Below, in pieces: positions 1-10,164 of a DNA stretch of 64,000 bases. A program made the position numbers and the translations under genes. Origin of the DNA: Stegostoma tigrinum (taxonomy: Eukaryota); contig NC_081363.1 in NCBI RefSeq assembly GCF_030684315.1, positions 39,354,200-39,418,199 on the forward strand. The letters are read 5' to 3'. The notes below the pieces were generated by a model that worked only from the letters and a program-made list of their open reading frames with translations, was not told the DNA's origin and searched no databases. Position 1 is the stretch's first letter, and the number at the start of each line of letters is the position of its first letter.

Positions 1-420
1 TTTTCTTTCACTCATGGGACATGGGCATCACTGGTTGGCCAGCATTTGTTACCGCTCCACAGTTGCCCTGAAGGCGATATTCTTGAACTGCTGCATTCTA
101 CATACTGTAGGTTAACCCACCACACCATCAGGAAGGGAATTCCAGGAATTTGACCCAGCGACATTGGAGGAACAGTGATACATTTCCAAGTCAGAGGGGT
201 ACGAGGAGATTGGCCACGTGGCCTATATCGCCTTTAGCCCACACACTGGTAAACTGGTGGCCTGGAGAACTTGCAGGTGTTGGTGCTCCCATGTACCTAT
301 TGCCTTTGTCCTTTAAGATGAAAGTGGTCAGAAGTTTGGAAGGTGTTGTCTAAATGGTTTTTGGTGAAGCTCTGCAGTGCATCTAGCAGACAACAGCAGC
401 GTTGTGTACAAAGCATCAAT
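1..420 (-). mobile_element. 3' end fragment of an L2/CR1-group LINE (tail shared with the Deu-SINEs)
   Basis: Begins with TGGGCATCACTGGTTGGCCAGCATTT, the same tail seen on the Deu-SINE copies at ~19255 and ~42545, then continues into LINE-like sequence. Confidence 0.5.
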
Positions 421-595
421 AGTGGCTAGGGATTATCACTAGCCTACTGATCGAGAAATTTGGCTAATATTAAGGGCCTGGGTCCAAATCCCACCAGGGC
501 AGATGGTGGGATTCAAATTCAATTTTTTTTAAAAATCTGGATTAAGAATCGACAGATGACCACAATTGCCAGAAAAACACATCTGATTCATTAAT

Positions 596-1735
596 ATATA
601 ATAAAATGTGAAGCTGGATGAACACAGCAGGCCAAGCAGCATCTCAGGAGCACAAAAGCTGACGTTATAGGCCTAGACCCTTCATCAGAGAGGGGGATGG
701 GGAGAGGGAACTGGAATAAATAGGGAGAGAGCGGGAGGCGGACCGAAGATGGAGAGTAAAGAAGATAGGTGGAGACGGGGATAGGTGGGGAGGTAGGGAG
801 GGGATAGGTCAGTCCAGGGAAGACGGTCAGGTCAAGGAGGTGGGATGAGGTTAGTAGGTAGATGGGGGTGCGGCTTGGGGTGGAGGAAGGGATGAGTGAG
901 AGGAAGAACCGGTTAGGGAGGCAGAGACAGGTTGGACTGGTTTTGGGATGCAGTGGGTGGGTGGAAGAGCTGGGCTGGTTGTGTGGTGCAGTGGGGGGAG
1001 GGGACGAACTGGGCTGGTTTAGGGATGCAGTAGGGGAAGGGGAGATTTTGAAACTGGTGAAGTCCACATTGATACCATTAGGCTGCAGGGTTCCCAGGCG
1101 GAATATGAGTTGCTGTTCCTGCAAACTTCGGGTGGCATCATTGTGGCACTGCAGGAGGCCTATGATGGACATGTCATCTAAAGAATGGGAGGGGGAGTGG
1201 AAATGGGTTGCGGAAATGGGTTGCGACTGGGAGGTGCAGTTGTTTGTTGCGAACTGAGCGGTGGTGTTCTGCAAAGCGGTCTCCAAGCCTCCGCTTGGTT
1301 TCCCCAATGTAGAGGAAGCCGCACCGGGTACAATGGATGCAGTATACCACATTGGCAGATGTGCAGGTGAACCTCTGCTTAATGTGGAATGTCATCTTGG
1401 GGCCTGGGACAGGGGTGAGGGAGGAGGTGTGGGGGCAAGTGTAGCATTTCCTGCGGTTGCAGGGGAAGGTGCCGGGTGTGGTGGGGTTAGAGGGCAGTGT
1501 GGAGCGAACAAGGGAGTCACGGAGAGAGTGGTCTCTCCGGAAAGCAGACAGGGGTCGGGATGGAAAAATGTCTTGGGTGGTGGGGTCGGATTGTAAATGG
1601 CGAAAGTGTCGGAGGATGATGCGTTGTATCCGGAGGTTGGTAGGGTGGTGTGTGAGAACGAGGGGGATCCTCTTAGGGCGGTTGTGGCGGGGGCGGGGTG
1701 TGAGGGATGTGTTACGGGAGATGCGGTCAAGGGCG
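596..1735 (-). mobile_element. Penelope-like retroelement (PLE), 5'-truncated, GIY-YIG endonuclease and 3' terminal region; left arm of an inverted composite
   Basis: Encodes ...TFPCNRRKCYTCPH...NVVYCIHCTRCGFLYIGETKRRLGDRFAEH...QEQQLIFRLGTLQPNGINVDF (GIY-YIG with a Cys-rich linker). A 13-bp tandem duplication at 1199-1224 shifts the frame. Confidence 0.92.
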
Positions 1736-1737
1736 GA

Positions 1738-2195
1738 AGCCCAGTTCGTCCCCTCCCCCCACTGCACCACACAACCAGCCCAGCTCTTCGCCCCCATCCA
1801 CTGCATCCCAAAACCAGTCCAACCTGTCTCTGCCTCCCCAACCGGTTCTTCCTCTCACCCATCCCTTCCTCCCACCCCAAGCCACACCCCCATCTACCTA
1901 CTAACCTCATCCCACCTCCTTGACCAGTCCATCTTCCCTGGACTGACCCATCCCCTCCCTACCTCCCCACCTATACTCTCTCCACCTATCTTCTTTACTC
2001 TCCATCTTCGGTCCGCCTCCCCCTCTCTCCTTATTTATTCCAGTTCCCTCTCCCCATCCCCCTCTCTGATGAAGGGTCCAGGCCCGAAACGTCAGTTTTT
2101 GTGCTCCTGAGATGCTGCTTGGCCTGCTGTGTTCATCCAGCCTCACATTTTATTATCTTGGAATTCTCCAGCATCTGCAGTTGCCATTATCTCTG
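1738..2195 (+). mobile_element. PLE 3' terminal region; right arm of the inverted composite
   Basis: Reverse-complement match to 596-1015, extended to the ...CATTATCTCTG end. The TSD TCTGATTCATTAAT at 582-595 and 2192-2205 flanks both arms together. Confidence 0.9.
2064..2095 (+). ncRNA. Minimal type-I hammerhead ribozyme motif (intact core) in the PLE terminus
   Basis: CTGATGA (2066-2072), A, stem II GGGT-CCAG-GCCC, GAAA (2086-2089), then C-GTC. Predicted cleavage is after C2093. Palindromic ACGU replaces helix III; stem I is only 2 bp. Confidence 0.7.
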
Positions 2196-2409
2196 ATTCA
2201 TTAATGTTCTTCAGGGAAGAAATTCTGCTATCCTCACCTGGTCTGGCAGATGTGTGACTCTCAGCTGCCCTCTGAAATGACTTAGTAAGCCAGCTGTATC
2301 AATCACTACAAAACTACTCATGGTCCATACTATAACATTTCATACCAAATGAAATGAAAAAAATTCAAAAATCACATTCACTCCTCATAAATCAGTGTAT
2401 ACAGTTACA

Positions 2410-2560
2410 TAAAATAAAACAAAGAACTGCAGGTGCTGGAGGTATGAAAGTGCTGGGAATACTCAGCAGGACTGCCAGTCACTGGGCTCAAAATGTTAAC
2501 TCTGTTTTCTTCCAGATGCTGCCAAACCCACTGAGTTCTGCCATCAATTTCTGATTCTCT
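2410..2560. mobile_element. Old PLE-end fold-back element
   Basis: AAAGAACTGCAGGTGCTGGA...CTCAGCAGG followed by inverted ...AAAATGTTAACTCTG...CAGATGCTGCC...TGAGTT. Resembles the 7555-7720 and 32900-33590 termini. Confidence 0.55.
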
Positions 2561-3074
2561 TGTATAAAATTATGTTTTGACAAATTCTCATCCCTATAAA
2601 ACAACTGACAAATGATGTATTTCATGCACACAATCAAGTAGGAACCCCCCAAAAGACAGACTTTGAAAAGGTCCATAAAGAGGCATGTAGTCAGATACGA
2701 GGCTTGTCCCAACATTGTTTTGTCAGTGAGTTATAAATGAAAGGGTAAGACCCTTTCTGCAGTCCCTGCAAGATTTTGTACAAGTACCTGTAAAAGGTAT
2801 TCAGATAGGATTGGTGAGATCATTCTAGCTTTTTGTCTAAATTTGCTTTTTGACAAAAAAACTTATTCTATTAAGTAGTAATGTTTTATGCTCAAGCACA
2901 TACAAATGTTCAATTTTAGTTGGTTCATACTCCTTTGATTTATTTTATAAAAAGGCATAAATACTCAAAAGTCTAGTTTTTAAAAAGGTGCAGCTTGGAG
3001 TCTGGTAGATTTTGTAGTTGTAAACAATATAAACAAATATTTTAAATAATTAAGACATGGTGAGAGGGGGCTAT

Positions 3075-3172
3075 TTTGGCACAGTGATTGTGCCCCTACC
3101 CCAGGGAACAAAGGCCTGGGCTCCCACCTGCTCCAGAATATGTCATAACATGTCTAAATTGGTTGACTGAAA
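3075..3172 (+). mobile_element. Short decayed tRNA-derived SINE (related copies on the minus strand at ~42360-42460 and ~62580-62675)
   Basis: A-box-like GGCACAGTGATTG, and a 3' part TGTCATAACATGTCTAAATTGGTTGA shared with the other copies. Confidence 0.45.
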
Positions 3173-4373
3173 GAGGTGGCGAAGGTTCCTTACAAGCAAA
3201 ACAATCTGCATGATTAATTAATAACATAGGAAAACAGATAAAGCACAAGGAAAAAAAAAGTCCAGAAATTAAGTATTATGTACCAAAACTGTTGTCACTG
3301 TCAAAATCTTGACTACCTTCAAGTTCAATAAAATCTCATACTGTAAATACATTGGAAAATTCGTGGACTTCTCAGAGATCACATCCCTATGACGACTAAA
3401 ATACAAAGTTTCATTCACAATAAAAAATTAACTGATTCACACATGCACACACACACAGTGTATTTCGGATTATTGAAATTTAAAACTGTTCAGAAATTCT
3501 TCATTGAACATAGTCCAGTTACGTTAAAGCAGTGTGCACGAAATTAGCAGCATAGATTGCAATAAGACTCCAAACAATCATATATTGCTAGCACCACCCA
3601 ATGATGTCAGATATCAAATACTATAGATACCTTCCTAGAAAAGGAACTGTGCAAGCTGCCAATCTGTTACCTTTTACCATGTGCCTCTTTTTAAGCTTTG
3701 TTAAAAGTGAACTTCAACAGATGCAATGGCTCACCATTCAGTTGTGAATTTTATTAATGACAAAGTAGACTGGGAATTGAGTCCTCTTAGCTTGTGAGCA
3801 TAAGAGTGGTTATTTAATTATCAACTATTACCACTTCCCTGCAAACATATCATGCATGATCAAATATCTATAAGTTACATAATAAAATTTATTAGCTGTA
3901 GAGACGTGCGTCTTTTATTCCAATCACATGCTCACTTACTGACAGGATCGTGAAACCTGCATACAATGAAGTACTCGTAAATAAAAGGTCAAACAGACTG
4001 CAACAGCAGCAATGGACTAAACTGGTACTAACCCTTTTAGGTTATAAAAAAGCTATTCAGAAAGTGAAGCAGATGTGTGCCTGAACATGTGGAATCATTA
4101 AAACGTATTTTATTTGTCTCCTTTTTAAAAAGCTTTTTTTAAGACGTATTCAAAACATACAAACAAAACATTAAAATCGGAGTTATTCATTTAGAATTTT
4201 GATTAAACCCTACACATTCATTGTAACTGTTCATCTTTTGATTTTAAGGAGCAATATCAGCGAGATTTCGCTCAGCCAGTTCCACAGAAGTAAACAAACA
4301 GCTGTTTCTTGAATCTAGACTCAGCTCCAAGCACGATACCAATGCAAACAAGATCATTTAAGGATATGCTTAC

Positions 4374-4548
4374 CCCATTCCAGGAATTCTGCAATGTATT
4401 TTTCCCGTCGTATAGGCGAGCTGCAACATTCGTTGTAAAGGCATATTAAAATATCCAACAAAGTCTCCACACTCATTGAACTTGCATTCATCTGAGGTCC
4501 GTTCAGGAGCAACTGCTCCAACTTCTTCAGGCGAACCTTCGCTGACAT
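4374..4548 (-). CDS. CDC42BPB: First coding exon (175 nt) of CDC42-binding protein kinase beta (MRCK-beta); gene continues leftwards beyond the window
   Basis: Translates [58 protein letters not shown], matching the vertebrate CDC42BPB N-terminus ([18 protein letters not shown]...SVETLLDVLVCLY...KYVAEFLEW). It ends at a phase-1 donor TGG G|GTAAGC (GT at 4373-4372). Start context AAAATGT. Confidence 0.95.
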
Positions 4549-4849
4549 TTTATTCTCTCAAGTTTTGTTTTAACTCTCAAAATTATCGTCCTCAAACGGC
4601 GGCCGGTGAGCAGCGTCCAGTTACCCAAAAGAGATCAAAGCAGTGATTTATTTCACATTTAAAAAGGCAGGAACTGACATTTTCACGGTTTAAGTTAAAA
4701 GGGAAAAAAAACGAATACTGCGCTCAGGCCCAGCTGGTCATAATATTTTCTTCTTTATCGGCGACCACCTCCCTATAACAGAACAAGAAAGAGATCTCTC
4801 CTTCCCTCTGTAAAATCCAAGTAAAGCCTTTAGTTGAGCTGAAGCCCAG

Positions 4850-5230
4850 CCCCAGAAAGAGGGCTCGTCTCCTCAAGTGCGTTGTTCATCTCCCGTTTTT
4901 CCTGGCTCCGCCGAAGCTCCTGCGCGTCTTGTCGTCAGTGTGGAGCCGGCGGCGCTCATCCCGGGCTCCTACCCGGCTGTTGGCCCCGCTCTCCGGCTCG
5001 CCGCCGCTAGCCCGCTCGTATACCCGAGCTGGAGGAATATGGCCGAGAAACGGTTCGTCTCGTCTCTTACTCGGCCCGGTCACAGCTCAACCTTAAACGG
5101 CCCGGTCCGGCCCGACCACACTCACTGATCCCGACACCACAAAGCCGCCCACCGGAAACGCGGCGACGTCACCTGATTGACAGCCCCACCCCATAGCAAC
5201 CGGGAGGAATCCGGAGCGCGAGTTTCAGGG
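4850..5230 (-). promoter_or_regulatory. CpG island / proximal promoter and 5' leader of CDC42BPB
   Basis: The only CpG-dense GC-rich unique segment in the window, directly upstream of the ATG. It contains an ETS-like ACCGGAA (5151-5157), CRE-like CGACGTCA (5164-5171), PBX-PKNOX/MEIS decamer TGATTGACAG (5174-5183), CACCC box (5183-5192) and RFX half-site CCATAGCAAC (5191-5200). Confidence 0.8.
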
Positions 5231-6680
5231 CCGGGAATGGGGGAACGTATCCCTGGAGATCTGGAGATGGGAATGAGAATAAACTCCTGGATATCTGGGA
5301 ATAGCAATGTATCCTCGGAGATCCAGAGCTGGGAATAAGAATAAACTGCTGTACATTTGGGAAAAACAATGTATCCTTGGAGATGCAGAGCTGAGAATGA
5401 GAATAAACTCCTGGATATCTGGGAATAGAAATGTATCCTTCGAGATCCGGAGCTGGGAATAAAAATAAACTCTAGGATACCTAGGAATAGGAATGTATCC
5501 TTGGAGATCCAGAGCTGGGAATGAGAATAACTTCTGGGGTCCTGGCAAAATGAATGTATCCTTGGAGATCCGCAGCTGGAAATGAGAATAACTCCTGGAT
5601 ATCTGGGAATAAAAATGTTTCCTTGGAGATCCAGATCTGGGAGTGAAAATAACTCTTGGATATCAGGGAATAGGAATGTATTTTTGGAGATCCGAAGCTG
5701 GGAAAGAAAATAAACTCCTGGAGATCCGGGAACAGGATTTTTTTTCTGGAGATTTAAAGCTAGGAATAAAAATGTCACCGAAGATTTGGAGATGTGTAAC
5801 TGGGGAACTGGGAATGTGTGAGAGAGACCCGGAGCTGGAAATTGCTTCGGGAGATCTTGGACAAGGAAAGTGTCCCTGGAAACCTAAGAATGGAAAACAC
5901 AAACAGAAGTTGCTGGAAAAGCTCAGCAAGTCGGGCAGCATACGTGGAAAGAAATTAGAGTTAATCTTTCGACACCACTGACCCTTCCTCGGAATGAGAA
6001 TATATAGCCGGAGATCAGGGTATGTGTCCCGAGCTGGGCATGTGAATATGCCCCTGGAAATCCGGGAATGTGAATGTCTCCCTGGAGATCCGAGAATAGG
6101 ATTGTGTTCTGGCGATCCAGAGCAGGGAATTCTCTAGGAAGATCTAGGACCGGGAATGTGTCTCTGGAGATTTACGAATGAAAATGGAAATATGTCCCTG
6201 GAATCTGAGAATGGGAATGTGTCCGGGATATCGGAAAATGGGAAGGTGTCTTGGAACCGGGAATAACAATGTCTCCCTGAAGATCCGGAGCCGGGGATGA
6301 GAATGTGCCCCGGGATATGTGGGAATAGGATCAGGAATATGTCCCGGGAGATCCGGAGCCAGGAATGGGACGGGTTCACGGGCGATCTGGGGACGCAAAT
6401 AGGAATGTGACCCTGGAGATCCAGGAATGGGAGTGTCCCGTGAGATCCGGGAATGGAAATATGCGCCGAGAGATCCGGGAATAGGGCTGGGAATGTGTCC
6501 GGGAGATCCAGAGCCGAGAATGGGAATGCTTCACGGGGTTTTGGGGCCGCGAGTGGGAATATGTCCAGAAATGGGAGTGTCCCGGGACATCCGGGCTGAG
6601 AATGAGATTGTGCCATGGGAGGCCTGGGAATAGGATGTGTCCCGGAAGATCCGGGGCCGGGAATATTTTCTGAGAGATGG
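5230..6680. repeat. Tandem satellite/minisatellite with 61-62 bp period (34+28 bp subunits), degenerating distally
   Basis: The (G/C)GAGAT unit starts at 5255, 5317, 5379, 5441, 5503, 5564, 5625, 5686 and 5748. Consensus is approximately GGAGATCCGGAGCTGGGAATGAGAATAAACTCCTGGATATCTGGGAATAGGAATGTATCCTT. An irregular 28/34-bp version continues 5990-6680. Confidence 0.9.
5893..5994 (-). mobile_element. PLE-end fragment (family 2) inserted in the satellite
   Basis: AAACAGAAGTTGCTGGAAAAGCTCAGC...GAGTTAATCTTTCG...TGACCCTTCCTCGGAA is homologous to 32900-33040 and carries a degenerate hammerhead. Confidence 0.65.
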
Positions 6681-7554
6681 AGCGCTTCAGTCTCTGGAGT
6701 GATTACTGCACGTTGAGGACAAGGAAACAACGCTCGACAAATACGAACTTGCCTGTTCCGAAATGAGTGTACTTTGCTTTTCTGCCCCGCCCTCAGTATC
6801 TGCGCGGAATTATCCAAATACCTGTAATTTAGGAAAATCGCTTCCTTCTTTAAATGTTTACGCCTATATAAAGTCATCAACTTCAAATGTTAACTGTTGC
6901 TCTCTCTATCGATACTCTCTAATGTGTAGAGTATTCCCAGCATTATGACTGTAAATTATAAACACGATACATCCTAATAAATGTATGTGATCTAGAGCCA
7001 TTACTCAGTTCTTACAGTAATTACAACATTGTTCATCGAAACACATTTTCTTGGAAACATGCACCTGAGGCTCTGTGCTAAACCTCCTTGTCTGAAAGGA
7101 TAAACAGTTTGCTACAAATCTATTCCTTCATTAATCTCTAGAAAGGGAATAGTGGCAAATTGGATCCAAGGTTAGAACAGTGGTTTGAAGTGAATGGTCA
7201 GAGCATGTGTTTTGACTAGAATGCTGATTTCAGTGGAGCTCCACTAGTACTTGGTCTTTGGCTTTTCAGGTGACAGTGAGTAAGAGAGCTGTGACATGGA
7301 AGCTATCAACGGACTGGTCAAGTGAATAGAAACATGGCAAATTAAACAAATCCAAAGTGTGAGCTCTTGCATTAATAAAAGGGAAGCGTAGATGATTACC
7401 TTCCAATCACAGTCTCCTCTCAAAATTTCTAATATTAGAACACCTCCTCCCAACTACTGTCCTTGTTCCCAAGGATTCCAAGATATTTTCTCCTGCCACT
7501 TGTAGCTCCTGTTGCTTATTGGTCCAAACATCCACTTAGCCACTAAATTTAAAA

Positions 7555-7940
7555 CAATGAAAGAGCTGCGGATGCTGTAAATCAGAAACAGAAACAGAAA
7601 TTGCTGGAAAACTTTAACAGAAATCTGAGGAAGGATCACTCAACCCGAAACGTGAGCTCTGATTTCTCTCCACAGATGCTGCCAGAGCAGCTGAGCTTTT
7701 CCAGCAATTTCTGTTTTTGTAATCATTTAGCAAGCTGCTGGGCAGGGAACAACAGAAAAATGTCAACAAGATAATTGCTTAGCAGGTCTGGTAGGATCTG
7801 TGAAGTGAAATCAGAGGTAATGTTTTGGGTTGAGTGACCCTTCAGAAATCTGAGGAAGGGTCACTTGACCTGAAACATGAACACTGATTTCTCTCCACAG
7901 TTGCTGCCAGAGCTGCTGAGCTTTTCCTGCAGTTTTTGTA
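7555..7940. mobile_element. Two adjacent fold-back PLE-end elements (family 2) with degenerate hammerhead cores
   Basis: Inverted arms AAACAGAAATTGCTGGAAAA / TTTTCCAGCAATTTCTGTTT. Cores CTGAGGA...GAAA at 7625-7650 and 7850-7875. Confidence 0.75.
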
Positions 7941-7989
7941 ACCATTTAGCCAACTGCCAGGTAGGGAACAACAGAAAAATGTTAACAAG

Positions 7990-8600
7990 ATAATTGGCAT
8001 GCTTGCCTTCATTACTCAGTCCTTTGAGTATAAGAGTTGGGAAGTCATGTGGTATTTGCGTAGGACATTGGTGAGGCATCTTCTGGAGTCTTGTGCCCAG
8101 TTCAGGTCACCCAGTTATATGAAGGATAATATTAGGCCGAGAGGATTCAGAAGAGATATACCAGGATATTGCTGGGTTTGGATGGTTTGAGTTATGAAGA
8201 AAGGCTGGATAGGCTGGGCCTTTATTAGTTGAAGTGCAGAAGGAGGTTGAGAGGTGACCTTACAGAAGTCAATAAAATAATGAGGGGTATAAATAGAGTC
8301 AGTTTCAAGACTAGCGGGCACACTTTTAAAGGTGAGAGGAGAGACATTTAAAAAATACTTAAGGGGCAATTTTTTTACATAGAGGATAGTTCGCTTGTGG
8401 AATGAACCTCTTGAAGAAGTAGTGAATGTGGGTACGATTGCAACATTTAAAAGACATTTGAATAAGTACGTGAGTAAGAAAGGTTTGGAGAGATGTGAGC
8501 CAGGAACAGGCAGGTGGAACTAGTTTAGCTTGGGATTATGTTCAGCATGAACTGGTTGGACAAAATTGTCTGTTTCCATGCTGAATGACTCTGTGACTCT
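7990..8600 (+). mobile_element. CR1-type LINE 3' end
   Basis: MLAFITQSFEYKSWEVM...LVRHLLESCAQF, then RRLRGDL-type coding and a (TGACTCTG)n-like tail. Confidence 0.85.
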
Positions 8601-8959
8601 TGAAGTTCAACCAGATATGGGGTCTTCAGCTTTACCTGTCAATCAGTACATATTTCCAGCTAAATTGTCCCAGTTCATGACTTTGCTTATACTATCAAGC
8701 CATACTAATATTTAAACCAATACTTACAAATCATGTGCACTAATACATTGTGTCATGGGAAGATGGTGAAATTATTTACTAATTATTTACTAAACAAAAT
8801 CAACCACAGAAATTCATTTCACTCATCCCTTGCACCCTACTAATGTCAACCACAAAACATACATACATCATGCCATTTTATAATTCCATGAGGTTTGGTC
8901 CAGAAGGAATTTGAGGAAGTGGTATGAGATGTATGTGTTAAAATTTCTGACTATACAAA

Positions 8960-9260
8960 AGATATGCAGGAAAGTAAACTGTGTATAGGACACAGGAAGG
9001 TTACAGAAAGCTACTGATAGGTTAAGTGAGTGGACAAAGATATGGTAAATGGAGTATAATGTGGGAGATTGTGATAATGTCCATTTTGATAGGAGGAAAA
9101 AAAAACATTTGATTTAAATGATGAGAGATTTCAAAGCTCCGAGCTACGGAGCAATCTGAGTGTCTTCATGATGAAATTGCAAAATGTTAGCATGCAAGTA
9201 CAGCAAGTAATTACGAAAACTAACGTTATCATTAATTCCTGGGAGAATTGACTACAAAGT
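8960..9260 (+). mobile_element. CR1 RT fragment
   Basis: ...GATAGGTTAAGTGAGTGGACAAAGATATGG...GGAGTATAATGTGGG... (DRLSEW..W.MEYNVG motif). Confidence 0.65.
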
Positions 9261-9521
9261 CTGGAACATACGAACCACTGTCTGTGTAAAATCATTGCCC
9301 GTGTCTTTTTAAAATCTTTCTCCTCTGACCTTAAGAATATGCTCCCTAGTCATGAAATCCCCAATCCCCAGGCAAAAACATCTGCCATTCACCTTACCTA
9401 AAGCCCTCATAATTTTATAAAATTCTACAAGGTCACCACTCAATCTCCTATGCTCCGGTGACAAAAGTCCCAGCATATCCAGTCTGTCCGTATAATGCAA
9501 ACCCTCCATTCACTGCAACAT

Positions 9522-9577
9522 AATAAAGTGTGAAGCTGGATGAACACAGCAGGCCAAGCAGCATCTCAGGAGCACAA
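9522..9577 (-). mobile_element. 56-bp PLE terminal fragment with 15-bp TSD
   Basis: AATAAAGTGTGAAGCTGGATGAACACAGCAGGCCAAGCAGCATCTCAGGAGCACAA, flanked by CATTCACTGCAACAT at 9507-9521 and 9578-9592. Confidence 0.85.
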
Positions 9578-10164
9578 CATTCACTGCAACATCCTGGTAA
9601 ATCTTTTCTGAACCTTCAATAGCTTAATAATATCCTTCTTATAACAGGGCGAGCAGGACTGTGGTCCAGAAGACGCCTCACCAATGTCTTGTACAACCTC
9701 AATATGACGTCCCATCTCCTATACTCAAAGATCTGAGCAATGAAGGCAAGCATTCTAAATGTCTTATTCACCACCCCGTCAACATCTGATGTAAACTTCA
9801 ATGAGTTATGTACATGATCCCCGAGGTTTTTCTCTTCTACAGCACTATCCAAGGCCCAATTCTTAATTATATAAATCCTACCCTTGTTTGTTTTACCAAA
9901 ATGCAATACATCGCATTTATCCAAATTAAACTCCATCTGCCACTCCTCAGCCCATTGACCCAATTGATCAAGATTCCTTTGTAATCTTATATATCTGTCT
10001 TCACTGTCCACTATACCACCAATTTTGGTGGTGTATGCAATCTTACCTTCCGTATTCTCATCTAAATAATTTACATAAATGACAAATAAAAGTGGACCTC
10101 GCACCAATCTTGTGGAATACCATTGGCATCAGGCCTCCGGTTCGAAAACCAACCCTTCACCACC

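Larger units (their letters stand above)
420..2310 (+). mobile_element. Deu-domain tRNA-SINE split by a Penelope insertion (pieces ~420-595 and ~2206-2310)
   Basis: The 5' piece has GGGTCCAAATCCCACC...GATGGTGGGATTCAAATTCAA. The 3' piece resumes with CAGGGAAGAAATTCTGCTATCCTCACCTGGTCTGGC. The two pieces are collinear with the intact copy at 22327-22695. Confidence 0.7.

Noticed and set aside
591-2146. Numerous overlapping 100-250 aa ORFs
   Set aside because: They are alternative frames and antisense translations of the GC-rich PLE. Only the GIY-YIG frame is meaningful, and it is truncated and frameshifted.
4354-4373. GKHILK* extension of the CDC42BPB ORF
   Set aside because: This is read-through into intron 1 past the GTAAGC donor.
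5230-5800. Regularly spaced repeats superficially like a CRISPR array
   Set aside because: The units are contiguous diverged tandem copies with no unique spacers, there are no cas genes, and the context is vertebrate.
5122-6886. Long ORFs (218 aa and 250 aa) upstream of CDC42BPB
   Set aside because: They are translations of the satellite with repetitive low-complexity products and resemble no protein family.
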